A program made the translations under genes and the position numbers. Positions 52,004-64,000 of a DNA stretch of 64,000 nt are shown piece after piece (position 1 is the first letter of the stretch; each line of letters starts with the position of its first letter). The DNA comes from Octopus sinensis (lineage: Eukaryota), in contig NC_043001.1 in NCBI RefSeq assembly GCF_006345805.1, positions 83,886,001 through 83,950,000 of the forward strand, in the 5' to 3' direction. Below the pieces are notes generated by a model. That model did no database searches. It was not told the origin of the DNA and saw only the letters and a program-made list of their open reading frames with translations.

Positions 52004-52957
52004 GTAAGTCAGTATTAAAATTTTAAAGAAATCTTTCTGTTATTAATTTTACAGTAATTTCTGAAGAGAGCGACTGTCTATTTAATATCATAGTTCCTAT
52101 AATTTTACAATATAAATTTTTCGATAATTAGTGGAGATTGGAGACCATGTAGTTATGAATAGCAGGAATCAAATTCGCTCATTGAAACTATAGTAATATT
52201 CTGTTGTTATATACCATACCGAATTTTAAATTTAGCTTACAATTAAATGTTCAACTAATATACCATATTAGATTACGAACCCATTACCAATCAGTCTAGG
52301 AAATAAGAGCTATATTTTCTCGACAACTTTACTTCGTAGCATTACTTAACTATTTCTTTCTTTCATGAATAGTTGTCTAAACTATGCAGTTTCAAGGTTA
52401 GTTAGTTTGGATAGAAAAGAGTTATTGCATCTTTGCATGTTTTTATTTTGAATTTTATTTTGCGATTCCGCCCGTTTTGTTCTGATTATTTCGGAAAAAT
52501 TATTCCAAGTTCAACATTTTCATTATAAGTCTGATTCTTTTATTCTGCTGTCTGAAGCTTGGTTCTTTTATTCTCTTGTCTGAAATTTAGAACAATTTCT
52601 TAACGAAATCCTATACAATATGATTGCATCAAAGTTTCACCCGATAAAATGATTTTTTTCTTTAATTTTTCGTTTCCAAAACATTCGGTTTAATCCTAAG
52701 GGAAAATTTGTTTCATTTACTTCAATCCACGACCGACGACTAGCTCCGTCTTACTCACTGCGCCACCTGCTTCGTCCTCCGTCATTCAAGTTGATTATAG
52801 CACGCAAACTGAAGTTGTTTTACTCTCTCAGTCTCTGTGTGTGCGAACTACACAAATGTCGCTATGGACCTACCACGAACGAATTAGTACTGAACCCGCT
52901 TTCTTGTCAATACTGTGGGAGACAGTTCTCTCGTCACTTTACACTGAACGATATAAT

Positions 52958-53354
52958 TCTTTCTATTAGAGGCACAAAGCTTGAAATTTTGGGTGGGGGG
53001 ACCAGTCGAATACATCAACTCCTGTACTTGACCGGTACTTAGTTTATCGATTCCGATAGGATGAGAAACAAAGTCGACCTCAGCGGAATTTTAACTGAGA
53101 GTGTGAAGACAGACGAAATACCTATTTCTTTACTACCCACAATTGGCTAAACACAGAGGGGACAAACAAGGACAGACAAAGGGATTAAATCGATTACATC
53201 GACACCAGTGCGTAACTGGTACTTAATTTATCAACCCCGAAAGGATGAAAGCCAAAGTCGACCTCGGCGGAATTTGAACTCAGAACGTAACGGCAGACGA
53301 AATCCGGCTAAGTATTTTGCCCGGCGCGCTAACGATTCTGCCGGCTCGCTGCCT
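52958..53354 (-). mobile_element. Two adjacent Nin/Deu-like SINEs (one with the Tx1-like tail)
   Basis: Same arrangement as 3050-3480. Confidence 0.8.
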
Positions 53355-53481
53355 AAATGAACGATATATTGAAAAGAAATCTCATCGACAATGCCCATTC
53401 CCCATCACAGTTGCAACTTTTTAGTCTCTATTACTGCGGTGGTTGGCATCCAGTCAGGATAACCCTTCTGTTTCAAAATAT

Positions 53482-53586
53482 AATGTCTGAAGATGTGAAC
53501 GAACACTGAATTTTTTGTATGAATCGCATAAATTTCTATGATATATGACATAAATGGCGTTCGCTCACCGAAACGTACGTGACATT
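53482..53586 (+). ncRNA. Degenerate type I hammerhead fold with long stem II (probably inactive)
   Basis: AATGT-CTGAAGA-tGTGAACGAAC...GTTCGCTCACc-GAAA-CGTACG-TG-ACATT. Helix I is perfect, but the cleavage triplet reads GUG. Confidence 0.5.
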
Positions 53587-53826
53587 GATTTGATTTCTCT
53601 TCTCTTCAATTAAAATTATTGTTATTCACTCTGTGAGAATTCTCACACACCTATATGATAGACATACCTTGGATAGTCGAATAGCCCTTTTAATGACTGA
53701 CGGAAATATAAGTAATAATACTTGGGTTAAATGAAAGGTGTTACCTTATATCGATATTCGAAGTCTATAGTAGCCAGTTCCTGCTTGTAGTATTGCTGAT
53801 ATCACCTGGATTTTATTTATCCCCTC

Positions 53827-53865
<39 letters not shown>

Positions 53866-54199
53866 GTTACAAAAACAAAATAGAAACTACACGTGAAAAT
53901 GTCAGGGGAAAGTAAGAAGAAAAATAAGCGGAAATGCACATTGGAAATCAAAAAAGGTAAAGGCTTTTTATAAAAAGTAACGATAGATATATACAATTAG
54001 ATGAACTAAGGTAGGAATAAAAGTAATAAAAGTCATTATTGTGAATTGTTAAAGAGATTCAAAAGCATACTGCTTTGAATGCACGCCGATTATTGAACAG
54101 CGTCAGGTCTACTAGTCCCTGAGTAAAAAGATTATGTGTAAGGGAGGTAAGTAGTTCTGGATTTGGTGCAATTAGGGTAGATATAGATCTGTAATGTGA

Positions 54200-56830
54200 A
54201 TGGTGTATGGGATGTATGGGGGTTAGTGGTATTAATTGAATGGTTAGTAGTGTTCTGTATTTATGTTATGTGTTCATATTGAGTTGTGGAAGATATTTAT
54301 TGATGAAATTTGGCTCTTTATTTATTCTTTGTTGTACTGAGGTGTTTTGTGAACATTGATACAAGGGGAAAATTAGGAAATTAAGATAAAGGTTCCTAGC
54401 ACACCTTTCTATGTGTTCACTGACCTGTATCTGTCTGTATTGTGGGTAGCGGATTTGTTCTTTGTGGAGAGTGATTCTTCGACGGAGTGATATTCCTGTT
54501 TGGTCAATATGATTATTACCACACCCTAAGCATGTAATGGCAAAGATTAGATTTTCCGAGGCACAGGTGAAATTTGAGTTAATCTTAAATATTTCACCTT
54601 GTTTAAAGTGGAACTCTGAACCCTCCAAAAGGTGGGGGCATGTACCACAGTTAGGTCGACCACATTTTTTCACTTTTGGTTTCGTTGTTAATGGATATAG
54701 TCTTGCGCTGATTAATATTTTTCCAATGATTTAGGTTGCATTTTGCTTTTGATAATTTTACGTGAGCCTAAAATTTTGTTCATTGTTTTATCTCCTGTGA
54801 TGATGGGTAGATTTTGGATGATAATGTTGAAGGCGTCGTTCTTTCTAGGGTTATGTGTGCAGATGTATGGGGAGTATTTTTAAGTCCGGTGTAGTATTTC
54901 GGTTGACTTCCTTTAAGGTTCGTATATCTATTTCCTTAGCTCGTTTAATGCCATCATTTATTAATGATATTGGGTAATGTCTTTTGATTAGTATTGATCT
55001 GAGTTCAAGGAGTCTTCGTTCTCGAGTATGGGTATCCGAAACTATGGTACAGATTCTTTTTGCTAGATTATAAGGTATATTATTTTTTTGTGTTTGGGGT
55101 GGCATGAGTTGAATAATAGGTATTGTTTAAAATCTGTGGGTTTATAGAAGATGTCTGTTTCGATGTGGTTATTGACTATTTTAATTAGGATGTCAAGAAA
55201 AGGGAGTTGTTTACTGTTGTGCTCCATGGTGAATTGTATGTTGCTATTGATATTGTTAAGCATTATTTTGAAATCGAGGAGGTTGTCCATGCTGTCTTTC
55301 CGAAGTATAAAGCAATCGTCCAAATACCTTTTCCAGTTCTCCTTTAAATAGCAATGAAATGAGGTGCCATATTTTTGCAGTGATGATTGGTATATTTTAA
55401 GTTCTAGGTAACCCATTACAAGGTTCGCAATCACTGGAGCATCTCGGGTTCCCATTGCAATTCCACATTTTTGTCGATAGTAAACTGTATCGAACATGAA
55501 ATAGTTGTTCAGTAGGATGAATTTGAGTGCTGCGATTATGAATCTGCTGCTGATGCCTCCTGGTATCTCTTCTTGGTATTTTTCTAGCTAGAAGGGGATT
55601 GCTTTGATTGCTTCTATACCATAATTGTGTGGGATATTGGTGTACAAATTCTCCACATCGAGTGATACTAACAGGGTTCCTTCATTTATTGTCTTCGGGA
55701 GGTGGTTAAGCATGTCTAAGTCATCTCTGATGAAGCTTTTCACATATTTTAGAAACGGTTTGAGTAAGCTGCTCAAACGGCGGTTTTCAGGGCCAGCAAT
55801 GATGGGTCTCAGTTTGAGGTCAATAGGTGGGGAACATTAATGCATAGGCTTGGAGAAACTTTGCAAGGTTTACAGATATGTAGATTTTTGTGTATTTTAG
55901 GTAATCCATAGAATAGACTAGGTCTGTATTTAAAATTGGATAAATAGTCAACTTCATGTTTAGTGAGGCCCTTTTCATGTATTTGAAGTAAGAAGGATAA
56001 GTTTTTAAGTGTCTTTGGTGGGTTGTATTGTACTATCTTCTCATAGTAAATATTATTTTCCAACCTGGAGCGTATTTTTGTAGTACTCTGTGTTCATCTC
56101 CACTACCGCACTTCCTTTGTGGGCTTCTTTAATGGTGAGGTTTATATAATTTTTTAACTCGATTAGGTCTTTCCATTCATTTACATTAAAGTTGGATTTA
56201 ATTCGTTGTTTTTGTAGGGTATTAAAAGGAAATCTGGTAATGTGTTCACAAAAAGCATCAAGTGCTTTATTTCTGCCTTTTGTAGGACAGAATTCACTTT
56301 TGTTTTTTACTATTGAGTCATCTTCGCTGTGTAGTTGTGAAGTGCTTCTGTGTAGTGTGAAGTGCTTCGCTGTGTAGTTGTGAAGTGCTTCTGTGAGGAT
56401 TTCGGCATCATTCGGGTTCGATCTGCGAGGGGTTGGAGTAAACTTTGAACCTCTTGCTAGAATTTTAGTTTGTGTAATACTTAGGATTTTCTTTGATAAG
56501 TTGATTATTTTCGGTTGTTCTTGTACATTTTGTTCCATTTCACATCTCTGTTTCTCTAATTTAGGTCTAAAAAATGGTTGTAGTAGCTGGATTGTTGTGG
56601 AAAGTCTGTATTGTGTTTGGTTTGCTGAGGAGGAAATGGGTGTAAAGCGTGTCTGTGGTAGTATGTTTGTGGTGGAGTGACTGCGTAGCGACCTAGATTA
56701 TGGTTGTACTGAGGATTGTTATATTATCTGTGGTTGATGTGGTTTGGGTTAATTTATTTTTAATATTGTAATGTGGGTGGAAGGAGGAGTTATGTTGTCT
56801 AGTTAGGTTGTGTCTAGTTGAATGGTTTGA
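54200..56830 (-). mobile_element. Near-full-length Penelope-like element (RT plus GIY-YIG), frameshifted, antisense in intron 1 of the host gene
   Basis: ARGSKFTPTP, FYGLPKIHK, SLDVENLYTNIPH, GIAMGTRDAPVIANLVM, WKRYLDDCF, LPFLDI, YKPTD..YLLFNSCHP, CGRPNCGTC, NLIFAITC..C. Confidence 0.9.
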
Positions 56831-56844
56831 ATGATTGAAGTAAT

Positions 56845-56895
56845 CATATATATAATATATATATATATGTATATATAATATATATTATATATATA

Positions 56896-56968
<73 letters not shown>

Positions 56969-57075
56969 TATATATATAATATATATATATATGTATATAT
57001 AGTCAGTTCAAATAAACAATAAATTTAAAAAAAAACGAATAATGAAATTTACAGACAAGAGGGCGTGCACAAGGA

Positions 57076-57114
<39 letters not shown>

Positions 57115-57159
57115 GGGAGTAATATTGAGTTGCCTAATAGTGGTTTTATCTCTAATTTA

Positions 57160-57200
<41 letters not shown>

Positions 57201-57256
57201 ATATATATATATATATAGATATATATATATATATAGTATATATATATATATATATG

Positions 57257-57287
<31 letters not shown>

Positions 57288-57440
57288 ATATATATTATTA
57301 TATACATATATATATATATATTATATATATATATATATATATAGTATATATATACATATATAATATATATAGATATATATATATATAATATATATATATA
57401 TATACATATATAATATATATAATATATATATTATATATAC

Positions 57441-57474
<34 letters not shown>

Positions 57475-57475
57475 G
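56845..57475. repeat. (TA)n-rich low-complexity field
   Basis: Direct reading. Confidence 0.9.
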
Positions 57476-58368
57476 GTCAAAGAGTTATAGCTATTCTTTC
57501 TACTAAAAGGGAGATCTCAGTAAAAACTTCATTCTCTCTTACCTGTCTGTGTTTGCCATTCAAGTGCTGTGTTTTTACTGAGATCTCCCTTTTAGTAGAA
57601 AGAATAGCTATAACTCTTTGACTGCTATTTCTAAATTCGGTGTGTGGTGAGGCAATTCGTTGCTAAACCCTTAATTGCTTAGTATTACTTAAATTTTCCT
57701 CAAATGAGGCTTTTACATGCCGAAATCTACTTGGTGTAATTAATAATTATTCCAAATTAATTAATTTCACCCTATATTGTTACTGATAACCATATTTTAT
57801 CCCAGTAAATGACCGCAGCATCTTGTCTTGGCTACACGCGGGTGGGAAGGGGCTGGTGACACAAACTTTCATTCACACTTTGAATTTGGTGATACTGGTA
57901 ACGGCTTTTAGCTCGCTCTGATACTGAGTTGAGATGATGCCTTCTAGTATCTCGAAATTTAATATACAATTATTCATAATTGTAGTGTCCTACGCTGATG
58001 AGAAAAGAAGTTGGTAAGATATAATTATCTAATTCTTATGCTTTCCTAAAACTTAATTTCGAAACGTACGTCCGTAGGTGACTTAAAATTGTATGATAGA
58101 TTGCCGTCATTTCATTCTCTCTTACCTGTCTGTGTTTGCCATTCAACTGCTGTGTTTTTACTGAGATCTCCCTTTTAGTAGAAAGAATAGCTATAACTCT
58201 TTGACTGCTATTTCTAAATTCGGTGTGTGGTGAGGCAATTCGTTGCTAAACCCTTGATTGCTTAGTATTACTTAAATTTTCCTCAAATGAGGCTTTTACA
58301 TGCCGAAATCTACTTGGTGTAATTAATAATTATTCCAAATTAATTAATTTCACCCTATTTGGTTACTG

Positions 58369-58370
<2 letters not shown>
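57476..58370. repeat. ~260-bp direct repeat (57529-57788, 58110-58370) with a 52-bp inverted copy at the left end (57476-57527 vs 57572-57623)
   Basis: Direct reading; the architecture resembles Penelope pseudo-LTRs with an inverted tail. Confidence 0.8.
57989..58078 (+). ncRNA. Type I hammerhead ribozyme with intact core
   Basis: CCTACG-CTGATGA-GAAA(long loop)TTTC-GAAA-CGTACG-TC-CGTAGG: 6-bp helix I, G:C at the base of stem II, palindromic helix III, GUC triplet. Confidence 0.8.
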
Positions 58371-58374
<4 letters not shown>

Positions 58375-58408
<34 letters not shown>

Positions 58409-58707
58409 ACACATATATCTATATATATATATATAATATATACATATAACATATAATATATATCTTAACTATATATAATATATATATATACACATATCTA
58501 TATATATATATAATATCTATATATATATATACATATCTCTATATATATATATATACATATCTATATATATATATAATATATATCTATATATATATATATT
58601 ATATACATATATATATATACATATCTATATATATATATATATACACACACATATATATATATAATATATATATATATACATATCTATATATATATATACA
58701 CACACAC

Positions 58708-58742
<35 letters not shown>

Positions 58743-58834
58743 CATATCTATCTATCTATAATATAACACACACACACATATATAATACATATATATATAT
58801 ATATACATATCTATAATATATATATATACACACA

Positions 58835-58880
<46 letters not shown>

Positions 58881-58898
58881 ATATATATATATAATATA

Positions 58899-58943
<45 letters not shown>

Positions 58944-59104
58944 CATACATATATATATATATATGAGTAAAAAAGTGTATACATATATCATATATTATAT
59001 ATACACACACACACACACCACACGCACATATATATATATATATATTGTATATATTATATATTACACACCCACACCACACACACACACACACACACATATA
59101 TTAT

Positions 59105-59148
<44 letters not shown>

Positions 59149-59167
59149 TATATCATATATATATATA
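58375..59167. repeat. (TA)n/(CA)n low-complexity field
   Basis: Direct reading. Confidence 0.9.
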
Positions 59168-60486
59168 GTCAGTTCAAATAAACAATCAATTTTTTTTAAA
59201 AAGCCAATAATAAAATTAGCAGACAAGAGGGCGTGCACAACGAATTATTAGCATGACGCTCGGTGAAAGAAGTTCGGTTTTGACCCAATTCCGTTTGAAT
59301 AAGGAAAGCATACTCATTAAAATATATAAACCACAACTGAATATCCTGTAGAAAGAAGAAAAACACTAAAAAGAAAAAGGTAAAAATACCCAATATCTCC
59401 AAACACACACAAAATAAAGCAACCAGATACAATAGACATAATTAAAAAAAAAACTTTCAGTAACAGTCTTTCACGCGTGTTTCGAAAGCTCAACTCGAAA
59501 TCACCATACAAACACCTGTTGCTGACGTCAGTAAATACTACAAAATGATTCTTTAAGAGAATCAACCAACTGGAACGGTTGATGACCGTTCCGCACAGGG
59601 CGATTAACCAGGCAGAATGACAAACTTGACCACCAGAAAAATAAGACGTCATCATTACTTTAATGAATCATAAATCAGAACCGTTCACAGACGAAAAATT
59701 CTAAATACAGTAGATTCCAAAAAAAACCCCCAAAAAACGCCGTTACAAGCGAAAGTTCCTGCACACAACGGAAAAAGAATCACAGAAACTGTAACAAACC
59801 CCTTTTTACACTATCTTAATTTCTCCCTTGCCTTTCTCTCTTCCCCTCTTCTCTCTTATTCTCTTTCTTCTCTCCTACTCTTTCACCCTCTCTTTCTCTC
59901 CTCTCTTACTCCATCTCCTCACATACCCACCTTCCCCTCCAACATAAGCCCACCTCATCCCTACTCCACCTTCCCTATCCTTTCCATCTCCCCATCCTAT
60001 CCCACACACCCTCCCCCACCTCTCCCCCACCCTCTGCCTACCACATACCTCACCTCTACCCCACCCTCTGCCTACCCACATACCCCAACTCTACCCCAAC
60101 CCTCAGCCGAACCCACACCCACCCGTGCTTTCCCCACTCTCGCCTCCCCCACCTCCCAACAACATCACACCACACCACACTACACCATACAACATTACAC
60201 ATCACATCACAACACACCAGCACTGACCAATTTCCATCCCCACATTTTCCCACATACACATACATACACGCACACGTCCAGACCACCAGCCCTCTTTTAC
60301 ACGCACATACATACTCTCTTATACACACACGCACCTTCGTGTTGGGGGTCATCTTTACTTTGTTATCTCCCTTACTTCTTCCCTCTCGTGTGTGACCCTT
60401 CTGTCTGGCAGTCGCCATGATAGATCGTTAGCCACTACACACATTTTTTCTCTCCTTGTTTCTCTCCTTGTTTTTTTTCTGTGTCC

Positions 60487-60522
60487 CTTTCTGTAGAAAA
60501 GCGTAGACTCGAAACGTAAAAG
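60487..60522 (+). ncRNA. Degenerate minimal hammerhead-like motif
   Basis: CTTT-CTGTAGA-AAAGCGTAGACTC-GAAA-CG-TA-AAAG; helix I pairs, but the core and stem II are imperfect. Confidence 0.3.
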
Positions 60523-60708
60523 ACTTTTTCTATTCCTGAACGTTATACTAATACATCTGTTTGTTTTGTACACCACCTGTCTTCGTCTTTTGTTTTTTTC
60601 GTAAACTCTCCCTATATATATATATGTATGAGTGTGTGTGTGTTTGTGAGTGCGCGCGCGCGCGTGTCTGTGTATACATATATATATACATGTTCCTATA
60701 TATATAAT

Positions 60709-61026
60709 TGTTACATAAATGTTGTGTCTGGGGAGAGTCATTTTCTTTTTGTGCCTTATAATGGTAAAATTTCGGTAAAATTTCCACTTATTTCTTATTT
60801 CTATTTTCCTAAAATTTTCGTTACGTCTTGCAACCTTATCAGCAGTCTTATTTTAGGAAAATAAAAATAAGAAATAAGTGGAAATTTTACCGGTGAGTGT
60901 GTTACATTACAAGGCACAAAAAAAAAAAATGACTCTCCCCAGACACAACAGAATATGCTTCAACATACGAACTCATATAAAGAATCTTGCAAACCAAATC
61001 CAAAAACGAAATGTTACATAAATGTT
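60709..61026. mobile_element. Fold-back element (~95-bp arms, 60720-60814 / 60851-60950) flanked by a 15-bp direct repeat
   Basis: TGTTACATAAATGTT at 60709-60723 and 61012-61026; same family as 1490-1720. Confidence 0.75.
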
Positions 61027-61076
61027 AACAGTAAATTTATTGTTATACTAACGATATTTCTTGGATTTCTTTTCAG

Positions 61077-61234
61077 AAAGCAACCCTGAAATCCATTCAT
61101 GTAATCAGCGATATTAAATATCGATTTGCTACCACTCTGGTTTCCATGAAATATTATAACCCGTACAATTCTTCAGTCAGCGCAGACTTCCACGTAATGA
61201 TGCCGCATAATTCATTTATATCGAATTTTTCTAT
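61077..61234 (+). CDS. ITIH: Internal coding exon encoding the start of a VIT (vault protein inter-alpha-trypsin) domain; ITIH-like protein, paralogue not resolvable
   Basis: TACTAAC branch point (61046-61052), polypyrimidine tract and CAG acceptor. Reads KATLKSIHVISDIKYRFATTLVSMKYYNPYNSSVSADFHVMMPHNSFISNFS(M), matching the ITIH pattern S.I..RFA.T.V....N......F.V..P..AFISNF. 158 nt, GTAAGT donor. Confidence 0.85.
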
Positions 61235-62231
61235 GTAAGTATTGTTCTTTTTTCACAATATATACTTTTAGTCTATTTTACTGTTGTTTTAAATCCTTGA
61301 AAAGTGGACCATGCGATGTATGAATTTTTAGTTTTCTCTTCGATTATATTATTAACGAGCAAAATGCCCCCGTCCAATGGACGGTGCTGAATCATATCTG
61401 CTGAATAAAAAGCAATCAGTGTTTTCTTTTCATTAAAAAATAATTGAGCATGCCTTTATTTCAATAAAATTTTTGGTTTTGTTACACGAAGTTAAGGCAA
61501 AAAAAAACCTTCTTGAGAAACCAAATAGTCTTTCCTTCCTTCATGCCAAGTTTGAAGAAAATATCTCTTTTGCATCTTACTTTTTGCTCTCTTAAACATA
61601 CTGCATTTTGTGGCATTATTTCAAGCCAGTCGACTTTTTTGCGCAAACTGTACGTGCATTTTTCTCGCGTATGCGTAGTATCGATCGCGACAGCTGATGT
61701 ATTTGCGCGTACAAATGCACGTACCCACGGCTTTATCGATCACATTCTCACCTGGAATCGATTTTTGTAATTTTTTAAAGACTTATACACGCCTTGATAC
61801 CGTCGGTATCTACATATAAAATTTGAGCGCAATCGGATGGAGGATGCCCGAGATCTAGAAAACACACACACAGACAGATGGAACGGATTTTATATAACAG
61901 ATGTTCAATTGATGATCCCAAAATGTTATATTTTATTGAAAGAACAGCAATTTACCAAACTTGACTATTTTGTAAATCTAGAATTGTATTTTTAACATTC
62001 TTATAAGAACTGTGATGAAAAAGAATTGTGTATACATTTTAAAAATCTTCTGATCGGAAAACACTTTATAGACTTTCGTGATCTCTTTTCTTTTACTAGT
62101 AAATATCAATACTAGCAAGATTCGTCAGTTTCATTCTCAGCTGGAAGTTCTGAAGGTGAACAATAGAGGAAAACCAGATGACATGAAAGTACCAGAAGGA
62201 AGTTGTTCTGCAAAGGAAAATGTAATCAAAA

Positions 62232-62635
62232 TATTGGGTTGTCCGGAAAGTTCGTGCCAATTTTTAAAGGAATGTAAAAGATCAATAAAAACTTGCCATT
62301 ACATTTTTAATCAACCAAATATGTACTATTTTGTTGCTAGATGCGTCTCCATCTTTGCTTTAACTAGAAAATACCCTCTTCTCAGAATTGAGGTGGTTTC
62401 ATGGCAAATAATTCATCAAGGTAGCTTTTTACGTCATCCAAGGAATTGAAATGTTTACCATTAAGACTATTCTGCAGAGACCTGAATAAGTGGAAATCCG
62501 AAGGAGCAATATCTGGTGAATATGGAGGGTGGGGTAACACATCTCAGCCGAGCTGCAGCAATTTTTGTCTGGTTTCCCAAAGCATCAAGTGCCGAAAATG
62601 AACTTTATTATCTTCCATTTCAAACGGTTACAGAA
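62232..62635 (-). mobile_element. Mariner transposon 3' relic
   Basis: TIR-like TATTGGGTTGTCCGGAAAGTTCGTGCC; minus-strand HPPYSPDIAPSDFHLFRSLQNSLNGK (YSPDLAP motif). Confidence 0.85.
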
Positions 62636-62639
62636 TTAA

Positions 62640-64000
62640 CACAGGAACTTAAACCTGCTTCCACGAAAAGATAGCTTAAACTGTGGTCTAAATTTTTCAA
62701 CTATTTTCAAACAAGATGATGGTCGTGAACCTCCTCCATTTGATAGATCGGTACCTCCAATGCTTCGATTAGTCATCACACGGGACGAAGTCAAACGTGT
62801 TATTCAAGGCCTCGATGTCAACAAGGGTCACGGCCCTGACGGCATACACCCACGGGTTATCAAAGCGTTGGCTCCGGTCATCTGCGAGCCCTTAACACGA
62901 CTATTCAATATGTCATTGGCGACGGGTGTTATACCTGCAGACTGGAAAACAGCGATAATCTGCCCAAGTTTCAAGAAAGGGAGCCGCGAAGACCCGCTTA
63001 ACTACCGACCGGTTTCCCTTACATCAATAATCAGCAAGATGTTCGAAACCATCCTTAAGAAAAGTATGATGCTCCACCTCCTAAACACAGCCTCTATCTC
63101 TGATTCCCAACACGGCTTCGTGCCGAAGAGATCATGCTTGACCAACTTACTAGTAATGGAAGAATTGGTGACGCGCATCCTCGATGATAGTGATGCTGTT
63201 GACATCGTTTTATTGGACTTTGCCAAAGCTTTTGACTCGGTAAACCACCGCCTATTACTTGTCAAGCTTCAAGCATATAGTTTCCATCCGGATATTATAC
63301 GATGGGTTGGTGCCTTCCTCTCAGATCGCTCCTTCCAAGTCCAAGTTAATGGTTCGCGGTCCGACGTCTCCAGTGCGAGCAGTGGCGTGCCTCAAGGTTC
63401 AGTGCTTGGGCCCTTGTTGTTCTTAGTCTTCATAAATGACTTGCTCGACGACCTCACGCAACACACCCTTCTATTTGCCGACGATATCAAACTGGTCGCT
63501 CCTCGCGGTAATATAGAGGATCTTCGTCGATGCCTCCACCAAATTTGGAAGTGGTCTAACGATTGGGACCTGTGTCTGAACGTGTCAAAGTGCTGTCATC
63601 TGCCTGTCGGCTCTACTCCTGCAACTCAACTTGATTTCGAGCCGGGTCGTCTGCTGCTGGAGAGGACCGATCAGGTAAAGGACCTGGGTATCTTGGTGGA
63701 TTCCTCCTTTTCGCCTTCGGCCCAGTGCGTCCATGCTGCCAACAAAGCACGCGGAATTCTGTTCTTGATTCGACGGTCATTCGGAATGCTCACAGCAGCC
63801 ATATTCCTACCACTCTATGTCACGCTGGTGAGACCCATATTGGAGTATGGGATTCAGGCCTCTTCTCCTTATCTCCTCAAAGACATACAGCATCTCGAAA
63901 GAGTCCAGAGGCTGGCTACCCGCATGGTTCATGGTCTCAAAAATTTGTCCTACGAAGAAAGGCTGAGGACGCTCGACCTTTATTCTCTTGAAAAACGCCG
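62640..64000 (+). mobile_element. 5'-truncated CR1-clade LINE; RT reading frame open to the window edge
   Basis: GPDGIHPRV, NYRPVSLTS, QHGF, DFAKAFDSVNH, GVPQGSVLGPLLF, FADD, YVTLVRPILEY, SYEERLRTLDLYSLEKR. No stop found over about 450 codons. Confidence 0.9.

Noticed and set aside
56320-56395. Short 20-23-bp tandem repeat inside the Penelope ORF (similarly 15810-15875)
   Set aside because: Ordinary local slippage duplication in a dead element.
61540-61900. Possible Helitron-derived non-autonomous element
   Set aside because: The terminal hairpin and CTRR end were not clearly identifiable.

Overview
AT-rich, microsatellite-dense eukaryotic DNA that is almost entirely transposon-derived. The SINE repertoire and composition suggest a coleoid cephalopod such as Octopus (inference). 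The only host gene I can support is the 5' end of a secreted VIT-domain, inter-alpha-trypsin-inhibitor heavy-chain-like gene on the + strand: a signal-peptide exon at 51926-52003 and a VIT exon at 61077-61234, separated by a ~9 kb intron. Neither exon is in the ORF track. The rest includes many Tx1/L1-clade non-LTR elements (ORF1-only, internally deleted, or 5'-truncated), two to three Penelope-like elements, R4/Dong-like fragments inside microsatellites, and an open CR1-clade RT at the right edge. There are also hAT, mariner, Tc2/pogo-like and Merlin-like relics and at least four tRNA-derived SINE families. Main highlights: (1) a tRNA-headed SINE carrying a minimal hammerhead ribozyme, plus several other hammerhead folds; (2) ORF1-only 'half-Tx1' elements, one with a perfect 20-bp TSD; (3) Tx1 copies joined to the head of one SINE family; (4) a Nin-domain SINE subfamily sharing its 3' tail with the Tx1 elements; (5) a head-to-tail Tx1 array with a recurring junction motif. 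Coordinates were counted by eye and element ends are approximate unless a TSD is quoted. Family names come from motif recognition, not database searches.
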